From Protoeuglena noctilucae (taxonomy: Eukaryota), in the NCBI GenBank assembly GCA_958009085.1, contig OY253674.1, forward strand, positions 372,001 to 436,000: a stretch of DNA of 64,000 nt, given 5' to 3'. The position numbers and the translations under genes were made by a program. The notes beneath the pieces are model-generated. The model had not been told where the DNA came from. It saw nothing but the letters and a program-made list of their open reading frames with translations, and made no database searches. Numbering within the stretch: position 1 is the first letter of the stretch; the number at the start of each line of letters is the position of its first letter. This document shows positions 10,904 through 23,445 of this stretch, in pieces.

Positions 10904-13096
10904 TCAATCACCAGCTGCGTTTGCAGCAGCCCACGCGTCCCATATCGCGTGCTCCCGACGCAGCCACTCCGGCAGCCGGGCGAGGGGCTTGTAATCCGCG
11001 TCCACCACCGTCACCCTGTACCGCACCGCCCCTGACCCTGGCAGAGTCACGCACGAGCACGCGACACACACACCGACCCCAGCGTTGTCAGCGATCTGAC
11101 TATGTCCGCAGACGCAGCCTGGCCCGTCGATGACCTCGCACGCGACCATCACGGCCAGGTCACGCGCGCATTGCGCGACGGACAGCCCCGCCAGCACCGC
11201 ACACAGCTCGTCCCCGTCCCTGTCGCGAACGAATGCCACCGCACGCCCCGCCGCATCTCCCTCGGCGTCGCCGCCCTGCAGCTGAGTTGCTGCCGACCGG
11301 ACCACCGACAGGCGCCCCAGCAGCCCCGCCCGATCAAACGCCCCTGGGTCCCCTCCCGCACCCGCTACCTCCGAACGTCCCACCGCCTGCTTCCCACTCT
11401 TCGCTCCTCCGGGTTGGTCGGGACTGGAAACCCCCCCAGAGTCCAAGTGTTCTGTGACGCTGCCCCATCGGTCCTGGAGCTCTGCCAGTGCCAAAGCCGC
11501 TCCTTCCAGTCCAAGCACGTCAAGGCGCTGGCACGAAAGCACTGCGCAAAGAAAGTGCTGGTGTTGTTCGTCACCAGGTGCACTCAGCCACACGTCGCAA
11601 TCCGCCACGCCCCTCAGCACACAACTCGCCCTTGCCTTGTCCCAGCACCGGCTCTGCGCATAGCACGTTCGTGAGGACCGCCAGCCACACGGCAGCCTCG
11701 TCGGGAGAGACCGCCTGCGCCTCTGTCCTTGTTTCGTCCCGTGGTCTTCGCAAATCCTCCGCAGAAATGCAAGCCCCTGGCCCGTTCACCGTTTGACCAG
11801 CAGTCGCCCCGCCCTGGACCGCTGCCTGGAATCGATCCGTGGCCTCTCGCCCTCCCATCCAGACGCGGAAGTTGTTATGCGGCTGCCGCGCCAACGCCTC
11901 CAGCGCCCGGTGTTTGCGACTTCGCACGCTCGCGACGCAGCCACGTGCCTCGCACCCCACGCCCCAGCCTGCTCCCGCGTCATGACCCTCACTACTAGCA
12001 CACCCTCTGCAGCCGTCCTCGTGGCAGCACAGCAGGTCCCTGGGATCGTATGCGCTTACAGCGGCGACCTTGCCCTCCCTGGCCTTGAAGACCTGGTGCA
12101 TGCGGTAGCGCGGCACCTGACTTGCAAAGGCACGATCATCGGGGAGGAAGGCACGCAAGGGGAGGGTGGCGGACTTGGGCTTGATCTCAAACGCAACCTG
12201 CAATGGCGAACGAAGGGGCACTCACACCGAGGCATCGGAGTGGCTTGGACCACGCATGCAACAGCGGGGGCAAGAGAGGATCCATTACACACCTGACGCC
12301 CGGCTGCGCTTCCCCGACGCAATCCGCTACCGTCGGACGTATGGGGTCGAGGCCCCGGTGTGGCTGCTGCGTCCTCGGCCCATTCTGCCAACTCCTCCAC
12401 GGTCGTCTCGTGCCAGAAGCGCTCCTGCGACGCCGAGGCCCTCTGTGTCTTCTCCAATGCCAGCATAACACGACATGGCATTCTTATCGTGCACACGACG
12501 AACGTGCGCGCGTCATAGCAGCGCTGGCACCTGGCGCTGGGCCGACAAAGCGTGCAGCAGGGCCGCAGCCTCTGCGGGGTCGATGCGAGCCGGAGTGGAG
12601 GGCGGCAAGTAGCGCGCATCAATCATGTGGCGCATGGCATTGGCCAGAAAAAACCTGGCGACCTCCGAGTCGCTGGCTGGGTCTGCGAGAACAAGCCAAA
12701 AGCTTTGCCGCTCCTCCCTGCGCGCTCTTGAGCGAGCCCAACACGACCATGCGCTCAAGATGCGTCCCTGCTGCATGACAGTACGTGCATGGAACCGCAC
12801 CTGGCATATGCCACTCGAATCGGCTCCACAAGGCGGCGTCGAGTGCGCGTTCACAGGACGAGTCCCCCTTGACCTTGGCGAGCCTCAGCACGACCGCCCT
12901 GCGCATGCAAGAAATAGGTTTGCACCTAATCTCGCGGAGGACATGGTGCAGGGTCACTGCACGCCATTGGACGCGGCGCAAAGGGCGCTTGCCTGCACTG
13001 AGCACGTTTGGGGCGCAGGACGACGCGCCGGTTCCCCTCCCCCGCGATGTCCCACTCGCCCACTCGGAGAGAGCACGCCTGTGAGCGAGCATCCAT
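10904..13096 (-). CDS. IPK1: Inositol-pentakisphosphate 2-kinase
   Basis: IPK1 motifs occur in order: EWDIAGEGNRRVVL (GEG loop), VLRLAK, FEIKPKS, RYRMHQ, YDPRDL, PHNNFRVW, CQRLD, ARDLAVM, YRVTVVDADYKPL. Confidence 0.9.
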
Positions 13097-13423
13097 CCCA
13101 TCTCTGCCCGCTCACTCCCCGGCCTGCCCCGCCCCCGCAGCTGCGCGTCGTACCACAGCCGTCTGTGTCGTGTGAAGACAGCGCCGTTGTCGGGACTGAG
13201 ACTCCCGTGTATCGAGCATCCTCAGGGTGTGGATGCAGGCAGCAATAAGTGAACAAAAGGGTGGAAACGGCCTTTCCTGCACCAAATGTCAGAAGCTCGG
13301 CCGATTTTCAGCGCGAAGCTCGGCAACTGACCCCCAGAATAGTAAGCCAAGCGAGCAGAACATCCGATAGATGTTTGCATCGCGGTGAGGAAGTTCTGCC
13401 TTCCACCCCCTCGCCCATCCCCG

Positions 13424-15241
13424 ATGGCAGCCGCCCTGCACCTCGGCTTTAGGTGTAGCGGCCCATCGGTGGCCCACAGGCGGGATGCAGGGTCCCCGGG
13501 CCCCGCCTCGGCCAGCACAGGATGCCCGCCCTGGGGAAAGAGGCTGCCGCGTCGCTGGAGCTCCTCGCTTGCGGTATCCGCGGAAGAGGGCAACAACGGG
13601 GGGGAGAGGGAAAGGAGCCGCGGGCCTCTGAGCGCAGCGATGGGGAAGGTGGGAGGCCTGAGACCCGGTGCCCCGACCCGCCAGGTTGTTGTGCCTTGCC
13701 CTCGGCAGAGGAGCTTTCGATGGCCCGCGAGCTTGCAGGGCACCCACAGTATGTCGTGAGCCGCACCGCGCAGATCGCTGACCAGCTGGGGAACTACGGG
13801 GTGGGGCGGGAGCAAGCGAGGGAGGGCGGGGTTTCGATGCTCTTCCTCGGCGCGGGCCTGGGGCTGCTGGCCGTTTTCTCCTGGGCCAGCGCTGCAGGAT
13901 TTTTCAAGAAAACTAAGGGATACTCGTGCGTACTCGAGTTCCCCAAGGCAAGCGTGGCTTGGAAGTTCCCTCGCGTCCCCGCCCGCCCTAGCCCGCCCTG
14001 GCCCGCCCGCCCATTCTCTCCCTGCCTGTCGTGCCCCCAGGCCTGCGGAATCGGCGTCGGGACCCCCGTGCGCATCCGCGGCGTCCAGATAGGTCAGGTG
14101 CTGGCCATCCGGCCTTCGCTCGAGCGCGTCGACGCCGTTGTGGAGATTCAGGACGAGAAGGAGGTCATCCCAAGGCGAGAGCGATAATTTTGGGACTGCC
14201 AATGATGCGCGTGGAGTCAGCACTGTCGAGGATGCCGGTTATGCTGCAAAGCTGAGCGTCACTTTGGCGTTGGTCAAAACATGACTTTGAGTATTGCCAC
14301 TGCGACGATTGCAGGAACGCCAAGATCGAAGCCAACCAGTCGGGGCTCATCATGGACCCCCTCATCGACGTGACGCCGCTGCTCCCGCTGCCCACCTTCC
14401 GCTACGGCCCCAACGACACGCGCTGCCCCGCGGAGGGCGCCATCGTCTGCAACCGGGAGAGGTGAGCTTGCGCAGTCCGCGGCGTCGTTGCTCGTAGCTT
14501 TGCGAGCTCACCATGCATGAACTGTCATAGCATATCATGGTATGGAGCCCAGCTCGACACGAACAGCACGTGTGACTTTCGTGCTGAGCGCAGGGCCAAG
14601 GGCGACCCTGGCGTGTCCCTCGATGATTTGGTCTACGTGGGCACCAAGATTGCGAGGCAGATCGACATGGACGGTTTCGACAAGATGCTCGACACGGCGG
14701 AGATCGCACAGCAGGCCATCCGCGACGCCGAGCCCCTCCTCAAAGTGAGCCCCTCGTTTGTACCCGTGCCGATTTCCACGCGCTGTGTTTGTGAGACTTT
14801 CCTCTTAATTCGAACTGGGTCATCTGCTGTGTCCCATCGCGCAGTACGCGGCTCAGCTGGCGGAGGAGCTGGTGCCCATGGTCGAGGAGCTTAAGGACGG
14901 GACGCTGATGAAATCCATCGAGAGCTTGAGCTCGACTGCCGCGGCGGCGGCCAAGGACCTGCACGCGCTGACGGCGGACGTGATGACCAAGGAGAACGTG
15001 GACGCGCTGAAGGACTCGGTGCGTGGCCTGGCACAGGGTGCGCGCGGCGTTCGGGGCCTGCAATGCGTGGAATGGTGACACTCGCATCCGATGCCACCAT
15101 ACGCAGGTCCGGACGCTGACCGAGACGCTCAAGCACGTGGAGAGCATCTCGGGCAACCTCAGCAAGATGTCTGGCGACAGGTCCATTCAGAACAACCTCA
15201 AGCAGCTCATTGAGGCTCTGTCCAAGCTGCTGGCCGACTAG
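13424..15241 (+). CDS. TGD2: Trigalactosyldiacylglycerol 2, plastid lipid-import MCE/MlaD-domain protein
   Basis: A transit-peptide-like N-terminus and TM helix (EGGVSMLFLGAGLGLLAVFSW) precede EFPK|ACGIGVGTPVRIRGVQIG, EVIPR|NAKIEANQSGLIMDPLIDVTP, GVSLDDLV and NLKQLIEALSKLLAD*. Confidence 0.93.
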
Positions 15242-15711
15242 CGGGCGCGCGAGGCGCACGGGGCCTGCGACGCGCGAAGCCTGCGCTTGAAACCCACAAT
15301 CACTGGCCAGATCCTTCGATGCCGACAACTGGGCAGAAGTGCAACACGTCCTTCGTCTCCGCCGTCAGCTGCTGCTGTGTATGACAATCGACGGGCCCGT
15401 CTAGTCGCGGCTGTGCGTGGGCCTCGGCCGTGCGGGCACAAAGCAAAACTGCGGGCCTTCCGGAGGTGAAGCCACTGCGATTCCCACTCATCTACGATTT
15501 TTCATTTTTGCAAAGCCATTGCATGGACGAACGCCGCATTTGCGGCTCTCGCGGGCTCAATACAACGGGTGCTGCTGGTTGCTCGCACGAATGGACGAAC
15601 GCCGCCTTCGCGAGCTCCCGCGGACGCGACGCAACGGTCGCTGGGGCTTGTTGCTTACTCGCGCGATCCCACCACCCCGCTGGGCGCGCAGAGAGGCGCC
15701 CTGCGCTCGCC

Positions 15712-18059
15712 ATGTCGACCGTCGTTCGCACACCGCCCCCGTCGCCGGGCGCCACCTCGGGAATCGTCAGCGTGGAGGACTACACGAAGGGCTTCTTCGC
15801 AAAGGTGCGTTTCTTCATGACCCAGTTCACCGCCGCGGCGTTTGGAGAGCCCAGGCCCAGAACCAGGCGGTTTACACTTGCGGCCGCCCAGGTCCTCCGT
15901 TCCGGTTACTCGCCGGATCCGACCGAAAACATCGACAAGAGCGGCATCGTGTTCAACGCCCTCCTGCGCAAGCTCGAGCGGGTCGCGGACCGGGCGGACG
16001 TCGCCATCCCTCTCCGGTGCCTGCGTGACGAGATCACGCACCTCTGGGTGGCCAACGGGCCCGGCTCGCCCACGGCCACGGAGCTCACCGAGGTCATGTT
16101 CATGCTCTTTGATCGCGTCGAGTGGGAGTGCCGCAGGAACCCCATGCCCCGCGTGACGCCGACGGGGCCCGCCCCTGACGTCGGTGACCATGCGGCTTTG
16201 GATGGCGGCACTGGAAGGCGGCCGTCAGTCTCCTGCGTTGCGAATGTGCGCAGGCTCGCCCCACCTATGCACTCTGTCCCTCGTAAGCAAACGCTTGGCC
16301 TGGCGTCGCGCCTGCAGTGGCCGAGGAGCTCAGGGCCCGCGTGTACAAATGTGTTGTTGGGGACACGTGGGAGCCATACGTCGAGCTGAAGATGATGGCG
16401 CTGCGGTGAGGTGGACCTCGGCCTTTACCCAGGCAGCACCTCTGCGACCGTCGGCACATCTGCGACGCACCATCGATCTCGTCCTCTCTCCCTCGGTGCA
16501 GTCGGATGTGGCGGTACGTGCTGAATGAACGTGCTGTGGCGCAGCGCCTCGAGGGCAACGCAGCCCCTGCGTCGATGATGGCCGCCGGCAGGAAGCCCAC
16601 GGCGCACGGCATCGGGAAGCGGCTCTCGCACAAGATTGTCAGCATGCGAAAGGACTCCTGGGAGGCATGGTGAGTCACAGGCTGGGGACGCATGACGGTT
16701 TGCGATGATTGAAATCAGGAAGGTGGCATGTGCACATGCCAGCGGCAGAGACTGCAGACCTCTTGTTGATTGAGCCCATTGGCTTGACGGACCTACGGCA
16801 GACGCGTCATGACCTAACCCCACTGACCCTGCAGCTTCGACGACCTGGTGAAGGCGTCTTCTGCCAAGCTGGCGCCGCTGCTGAAGGAGGCCATGTCGGC
16901 GCTGTTCATCGCCGAGGAGCGCCTCTACCTCGCGGAAGTGGCCCACCGGGGGCGGAACGCGAGGCCTGCCGAGGCGGCCACCCAGGTGAGTCCTCAGGGC
17001 GACTGGGTCCAAGGTGGTGGTGGTGGTCATAGACTGGTTGGGATAGGTTGATGCGGTAGGGTGGGTGACGATGACCTTGTCTGCTCTGCCAGACCCAGGA
17101 CGGGTCCACAGATGCGGGCGGGGACGGAGCAGAGGCGGGCACGGGCAGCGACCAGCACGGGGAGGCCAAGGGGCCCGGTGGGGAGCCGAGTGGGCAGGGA
17201 GCGCAGCCTTATGTGAACCTCGTCGACATCCTGACGGGTGCACCCATCGCGGCAGCCGAGCAGGTGGGGTGCCTTGCTGCCCGCCCTGGTGAGGATGGTC
17301 ACAAATGGTCCCTCCCTGCTTGGGCTGTCGAAATCGCTGAGAGCCCTCCAATGCGACTGCAGGGGCAGCCGAGTGGGACGGACGGCGCCGCGCCCCAGAT
17401 GGCGATGGTGGTGCACCCCACCGCTGCCACCGAGCTCGGCCAGGCGGGGTCATCGGCACCCGGGCGAGCCTCGCAAGACGGGGCGTTCGCTGGCCTGGCT
17501 GCCGTGGCGGCGGGCCAGTGGGCTGCCCCAGGCGGTGCCCTCCAGCCACTCACGGTCGCCGGTCACCCCATTCCGGCGCATTACACTCTGCCGGCATTCC
17601 AGGGCCCCGCTGGTGCCTGGACCGCCCCTGGAGCCCACGCCGTTGGCACATCGCAGCAGGTGAGTAGGTCTCTATCACAACTGCGGTCGTGTCACATTAT
17701 ACAACCGCACTAGCTGACGATGTTTGCATCCGTGACTGCAGGGTGTGCCCCCCGCGAGTGCTGGGGCCGCAGCGCTCGCCCCCGACCTGCGTCGCGTGCA
17801 GCTGGGAGCGTCCGGCGAGCAGCACTCCAAGGGCAACCCCTTCGCGGACAGCTCAGAGGGAGAGGGTGCGTGGCGTGTCGACACAACGCGGGGACTGCCC
17901 ATGCGCCTTGAGCTGGGTGCCGGTCCAGAGCACGTGCCGCACCCACCGTGCCCTCAGACTCGACGGCCAGCAAGGACCGCCGCGACAAGGCCAACCTGGA
18001 GCCCAGCCCCCCGGAGCAGCACCCGCACGACCAGCGCGGCCCGGGGCAGGGCGAGCTGC

Positions 18060-18090
<31 letters not shown>

Positions 18091-18124
18091 CCGGTCCGCG
18101 GAGGAGAACTGGGCTGCGTTCTGA
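15712..18124 (+). CDS. Hypothetical protein: helical N-terminal domain plus disordered tail with LVDIL, NPF, poly-Q and C-terminal EENWAAF motifs
   Basis: The exon chain splices in phase from MSTVVRTPPPSPG to ...ELRQ9HRSAEENWAAF* (TGA at 18122-18124). Confidence 0.65.
18061..18090 (+). repeat. (CAG)n coding repeat, poly-Gln in the spliced frame
   Basis: gcagcagcagcagcagcagcagcagcagca. Confidence 0.9.
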
Positions 18125-18307
18125 AGCTGACCATGGCGATGCGGAGGAGAGCTGGAGGAGAGCTAGGCTGCATGATGAGGGTAGCTGTGGCCGTGGCAGG
18201 TCGAGCATTGAGGAAGGTGGCTAGGCGTGGACGAGCGGCGGGCGGCAGAGAAAGAGCGAGGGCAGGAAGCATTATGAACGGCATTGCGCACGAAACGGCA
18301 GGAAACG

Positions 18308-19944
18308 TCAGAACTGGACACGCCCTGCGCAGCGGTAGTACCCGCTCGCGTCGTACGCGCCCCGCTGACTGAGGTGCATCTCCGTCACCGTCACCTCCCC
18401 CGCATCGTATTCCCCATGGTCGCTGAGGAGGCCCCGCACGTCCACGGGCGTCCGGCGGCCCCCGCCCTGGGCCCCCTTGCCGTGCCTCGTGTTGATCACT
18501 GCAAAGCACGAGGGAGTGGGAGAGTGACGGGGCGAGGGAATGTGGCACAGGGCTCAGTTACAGACCACCCCTCCTGCACGATTCAGGGCCTCCAATCTGA
18601 CCAGCGGCCTATACCAACACCTCGCACATTGCTGTCCCCAGACACTGCCCCAGCCCTCACCCGTGGCATGGAGCTTCACCGGCCGCCCGTCCTTCTCCCG
18701 CATGACGCCCGCCTCGTCCAACTCCTTTACAACCATATCCACGATACCCTGGAAAGACACGCTGCTCGTCTGCATCTCTTGTACCTTGAGGAACACCACG
18801 TGAGCCTCAGAGGGGTCGTCATTCTGCGGTGAGCCAGCGAGTGCAACGCGATGTTCCAAGCACGGTTCTTCCCCAGGCGGGCTCGAAGGCGGGGGCTGGG
18901 ACCTCAATCGCGCTCAACGCATGATGGGTGGTCACCCATGGATGGATGGTCACGGCGGAACTGGCACGCAAGGGACTGCCTGCACGCACCCATGCACGCT
19001 GCTCACCATGACGTCCAAGCCCTTCAGCCGGAACCTGAGTCCCTGCCCGCGGGTCTGCGCCTTGATGGTGGCCTCGACGCGCTTCAGGGCCCCCAGACAC
19101 CGCGTGCGGGCGTCATTGCTGTAGAGCTTGAGCATGGCGACTGCACAGAGGGGGCAGGTGGGTGGACAGGTCTTGTGCTGGACCGCCACGCTGCATGGGC
19201 CGAGCTGCATGGGCCGGGCCTGTGTCATGGAACTTTCACCTCGCCCCTCATGCTCGCATGGACTCCAGGAATTAGTGCCTCACCTGTGAGGTGCATCTTC
19301 TCTGGGGGCGTCACCATCCCGACCTCCAGCCCGGGCACGGAACCGGTATCCGCAACGTCCGTGAGGGTCCGATGGAGCGTACGGAGCGCATTTCGCGTGC
19401 TCTCCACTGTCAGAGGGATGCTGACGAAGAAGTTGTATGCAGTCTTGGGACTGGAAAGGACGTTGTCGATCAGGAGCTCCAGGCGGGCCAGGGCACGGGC
19501 CAGCTGCGACTCCGACGTGGCGCGAACGGTGACGGCGCTCTTCTCGTTCGGTGTGCCGCGCGGAGGGGTCCGAAACGACGCCCCTGCGCGCGAGGGAGGA
19601 CACGACGTGCCGTTGCGACAACGCAGGATCCCCATCGCGCGGGCCCACTCCGCGCGATGCGCACCTGTCTCCTGCTCCATTCTCTTCAACGTCGAGCCGC
19701 TCTTGCCCACCACGTGGCCCATGAGGTCTCCATCCAGGCTGAAATACGCGACGAAACGCCCGCCCTCCTGCTTCACGTCGTATTTCGCGAGCACCTCGCC
19801 GAAATCCTCCCCGTCGCCATCCATCTCCTGCTCTTCATAATAACCCGATGATGCCGCAGGGTTGTAAAGGCTCCAATATCTCCTATTTTGCACTTCCACG
19901 ATCGTGGCCGAGCCCAGAGGGTCCGCCAGGTTGTCGTCCTCCAT
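18308..19944 (-). CDS. ASCC1: Activating signal cointegrator 1 complex subunit 1-like (KH domain plus 2H phosphoesterase)
   Basis: KH GxxG loop (GHVVGKSGSTLKRMEQET), YNFFVSIPL, two HxT motifs (MHLTV, LHATVINT), GLDVM|NDDPSEAHVVF and C-terminal HLSQRGAYDASGYYRC. Confidence 0.9.
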
Positions 19945-20096
19945 GGGTGCACTAGAGGGGGCAATTTGGAGCTGTGCAATTCGAAGCTTGTCTAACTTGT
20001 CCCCAATGAGGACGTGCACGCACTTTGTTTCTTCAAAAGACGGGGAAACTCGTGTCTCTGCCAGATGCGACACGCCAGGGGGGCCCGAGAGCGCCC

Positions 20097-22236
20097 TCAG
20101 CCCAGCGCAGTCGCATTGCAGCTAGCCAAGAACGCCACGAGGCCCGGGCCGCGGTCGCCGTTGGACAGGCTGTCGTTGCAGTGGATCTCCACGCGCGCCC
20201 CGGCAGCCACCAGGAACACCCCCCCAGCTTCGACCGCCACGCCCTCACCATCGCACCCTGCCATGCCCTGCACCTGCGCCCCCGACACGTAGGCAAGCCC
20301 CCGACCCTTCTGGATCAGCAGGATGGACGCCCCCTGCGGTGGCGGCGGGGCCCTGCCAACTCAACGCCCGTCTTGGCGTGCGGAGGCGCTAGTCAGTCCT
20401 AATCCTGGCAGGGGCTCGCCCACCTGGCTCGTCGGCAGCGCCACGATGTCCCCGCCCATGAGCTCGAGCGACGACAGCTGAAACTCCTCAAAGGGAGGGA
20501 CGTACGTGTTGGCTGTGCGGTGGACGGGGCGGAGGACAGGAGGCAGGCCCATATGATACGTCAGCATGCCGCACAAGACGCCCGTGTCCCGCATCTTGGG
20601 CGTCAGACCCGCCCGCACCACGTTGTCGCTCGTCGCCATCACCTCCACGATCTGCCCCGACAGGTAGGCGTGCGGCTCGTTCGCGGCCAGGTAAATCGCC
20701 TCCCCGCGCCCGATGCGCACGTAGTTGAGCAGCATCGACGCCAGGACGCCCACGTCGCCAGGATAATGCTGATTGAGTTTCTGGGGTCATTTGAAGCAAT
20801 GTTCGTTGCAGTACCTGTCTCCCAACTGGCAACTGGCAATGCACACGGTGCCGCCGTGAACCGGTCCGCTGCCACCCACCAGGACGAGGGAGTGCTGGAG
20901 GTCGAATTCCCAAGGTCTGCTGGCCTTGACAGATTCCAGTCGCTCCACTAGGGCCTCCACCTGCCGCTTGACCACCTCCGCGTCGCACGTCATCAGCTTC
21001 GTGAAGGCCAGCCTGCGTGGTGCGAGAGAGTGCCAGTGACAAAGGGAGTATCCTGAAGCACCTTTGCACCCACAAAAACAATACGTTGATATTAGGTCCG
21101 CACCTGAGCGCCTCGGCTGCCCCGCTGGCGCCGTTGGCGACGATGCGTGCGACCTCGGCAACGCCGATGCACGCGGCGAGCTCCGGGGTGGTCGACAGGC
21201 ATTGCGCAATCTCGTGCATGGAGCGGAAGCCGCACAGTGCCGTGAAATCCTCCAACGCCAGCGCCATCTCGGGCTGCGGAGAAGGGCAAGCGTGCGGGTG
21301 TTGGGCCCTCACACCCCGAGACCGCAACACGGCTGCCTGTCGGCCTGTGCGTGACGTCTTCACGTCATCACCTTGTGGTTCGGGTCGCGGTACACAGTCG
21401 GCTTCTCCGCGTGTAGCTTGGCCGCAAGCTCCTTGTCCGGGTGCGCCTGGATCGAGAGCGCCTTTTCCACCGAAAGCACTTTGAAGAGGAACGGCAGGTC
21501 CGTGCCGAATTTAGCGACGAGCTTGGGTCCCAGCGCCTCCGGATGGGCCTGCGTGGTCGCATGATCAAGGATCGCTCGATGCAGTGACGTTTGAGCACGC
21601 ACGGAGCGACCGCCAGTGGTCCACCCACGCCGCAAACGCGCTGCCCCCGCGGCAGAGCAGCGAAGCGCACCGCTGCGCCATCTGAAACACCCTGGAGTGC
21701 GCGCAAGTAGATATGTAGACGGTGAATCCAAAAAGGGCTCGAGATAGTCTCGGAATCGGACTGGGCCGGCCCTTGGGACATGCTCCGATGTTTGGATCCC
21801 AGGGGGCGACCAGCCGAACAGCTCCACCGCAACAAACAATACACATGGCATCATGAGCAATGCAACAAACCAGATTTGCAGTTTCTGAGGGCATTGCGCA
21901 CGGAAGCTCGCCAGGAGCCCATTGCCATCAGCGCGCACCTTCTGGCCGCGGGGCGGAACGTGGGGCCTCTGAATAACAGCAGCGCACGATGCACGCGCAA
22001 CGTTTACTGCAAAGCATTCAATCGCAGCGCCGATTCACCTGAATCCATTCCGAGAGGAGCTCGCCCGTCTCATGAACATGAGAGGGCCCCGAGGGATGCG
22101 TCCCCATCCACAGCTCCGCCCATGGCCGGTCCAGGTCCACCTTCACCCCGCTCTGTGCGAGCAAGGTGGCCACTGCCGAGTCCGGACCACGCCGGCCCCA
22201 CTCGTAGTCCTTGGCTTCACACTTCAATTGGAGCAT
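20097..22236 (-). CDS. PMI: Mannose-6-phosphate isomerase, class I
   Basis: [95 protein letters not shown]. Confidence 0.97.
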
Positions 22237-22367
22237 CGCGTGGAGTCCGCTTCCCTACGCCGCATCAGCCGCCCCAACGACGGCACGCGACGTGGGACAG
22301 CGCGCGGCACGCGACCGCGGGCCCTCACGAGCGGCAGGCGCGGTCAGACTGAACCAGCACTGGCACA

Positions 22368-23225
22368 TCACAGGCGTAGGCTGCGTGACAAGGCCTTCTG
22401 CAGGCTGCCGGCCGACTCCCCCAGTTTCCTGTTGCTCAAGCTCTGCCTCTGCAACGCCAGGGCTCCAGCCTCGGATGGCAGCCCTCCCGAACCCCGCAGG
22501 CCCTCGTACGATGCGGAGGGCGTCAGACTGCGCGCCATGGCGGGCCTCTGCCTCTCCCTCAGGCTGCCGCCCGACACGCTAGGCCTCTGCGAATCAGGGA
22601 CACGACACGGCGGGGCTGTCAGTCAAGGCATGCTTGCCATGCCATGACAGCAACACACGCCAGCTGGATCCTTACCTTCACTGGGGACCTAGGGGGCGTG
22701 CGAGTCCGCGAGGCAGCTATGATCTGGGTGATGGTCGACGTCGTCGGCTTCCCGTCAGGGCCGACTGCCCCGAAGAATGGCGCCGATGCGCACTGCTGGG
22801 CCTGCGAGGTGTGGGGAGAACGCAGGTACAGCTCCTGAAACAGGCAGACAGTCGCGTGTGCTAAGCACGACTCCACTGCGGCCCTCACGAGCGGAAGAGG
22901 TCTCCAGTTGCCCGCTGCATCGATCGCAAACTGCCCACACATCGACACACGCTCCCCACGGCCCAAGGGGGCGGGAACGGGCGGTTCCGAAGCGTGAGAC
23001 GGTTGCGGACTGCAGGTGAAGCACGTGAGGTGAGTAACGGGAAGCGAGCGCGCGCCCAGCAGGCAGGAGGCAGCGGCCGTGGCGACGTCAGCCGAAGAAA
23101 CAGACGCACCGGCCCCTGTTGTTGCCCATCGAGGTGCTTCGCCATCGAGAGGCGTTTGCACTGGATGATGAGCTGGTGGCGCCTCCCACCCGCGCCTGGT
23201 TCCCGGACACCTCCAACCGCGACAT
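22368..23225 (-). CDS. Hypothetical Ser/Arg/Pro-rich protein (3-4 exons)
   Basis: In-phase model MSRLEVSGNQ...NNRGR|PQPSHASEPP...ELYLRSPH...PPRSPVK|RPSVSGGSLRE...LSRSLRL*, with good gtgcgt/gtaagg donors and cag acceptors. No homology recognised. Confidence 0.5.
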
Positions 23226-23445
23226 GCGGCTCCTTAAGCTGGTGGCGATTCAAGCCGAGTTAGGTCACGTCGCCGACCTGGATCGCACAAGGGGCGAAAT
23301 TCATCAATGTGGCATCATCAGATCGACAAGCAGAGGACTCTTGCCGCGGTTGTTGCCCTGACACGCTAACCCAGGGTAACCCAGCGTGTCCACAGCGCAA
23401 GGCCAGCGGGTCATGGATCACCAAAAACATCTTCCTGTATTCTGA

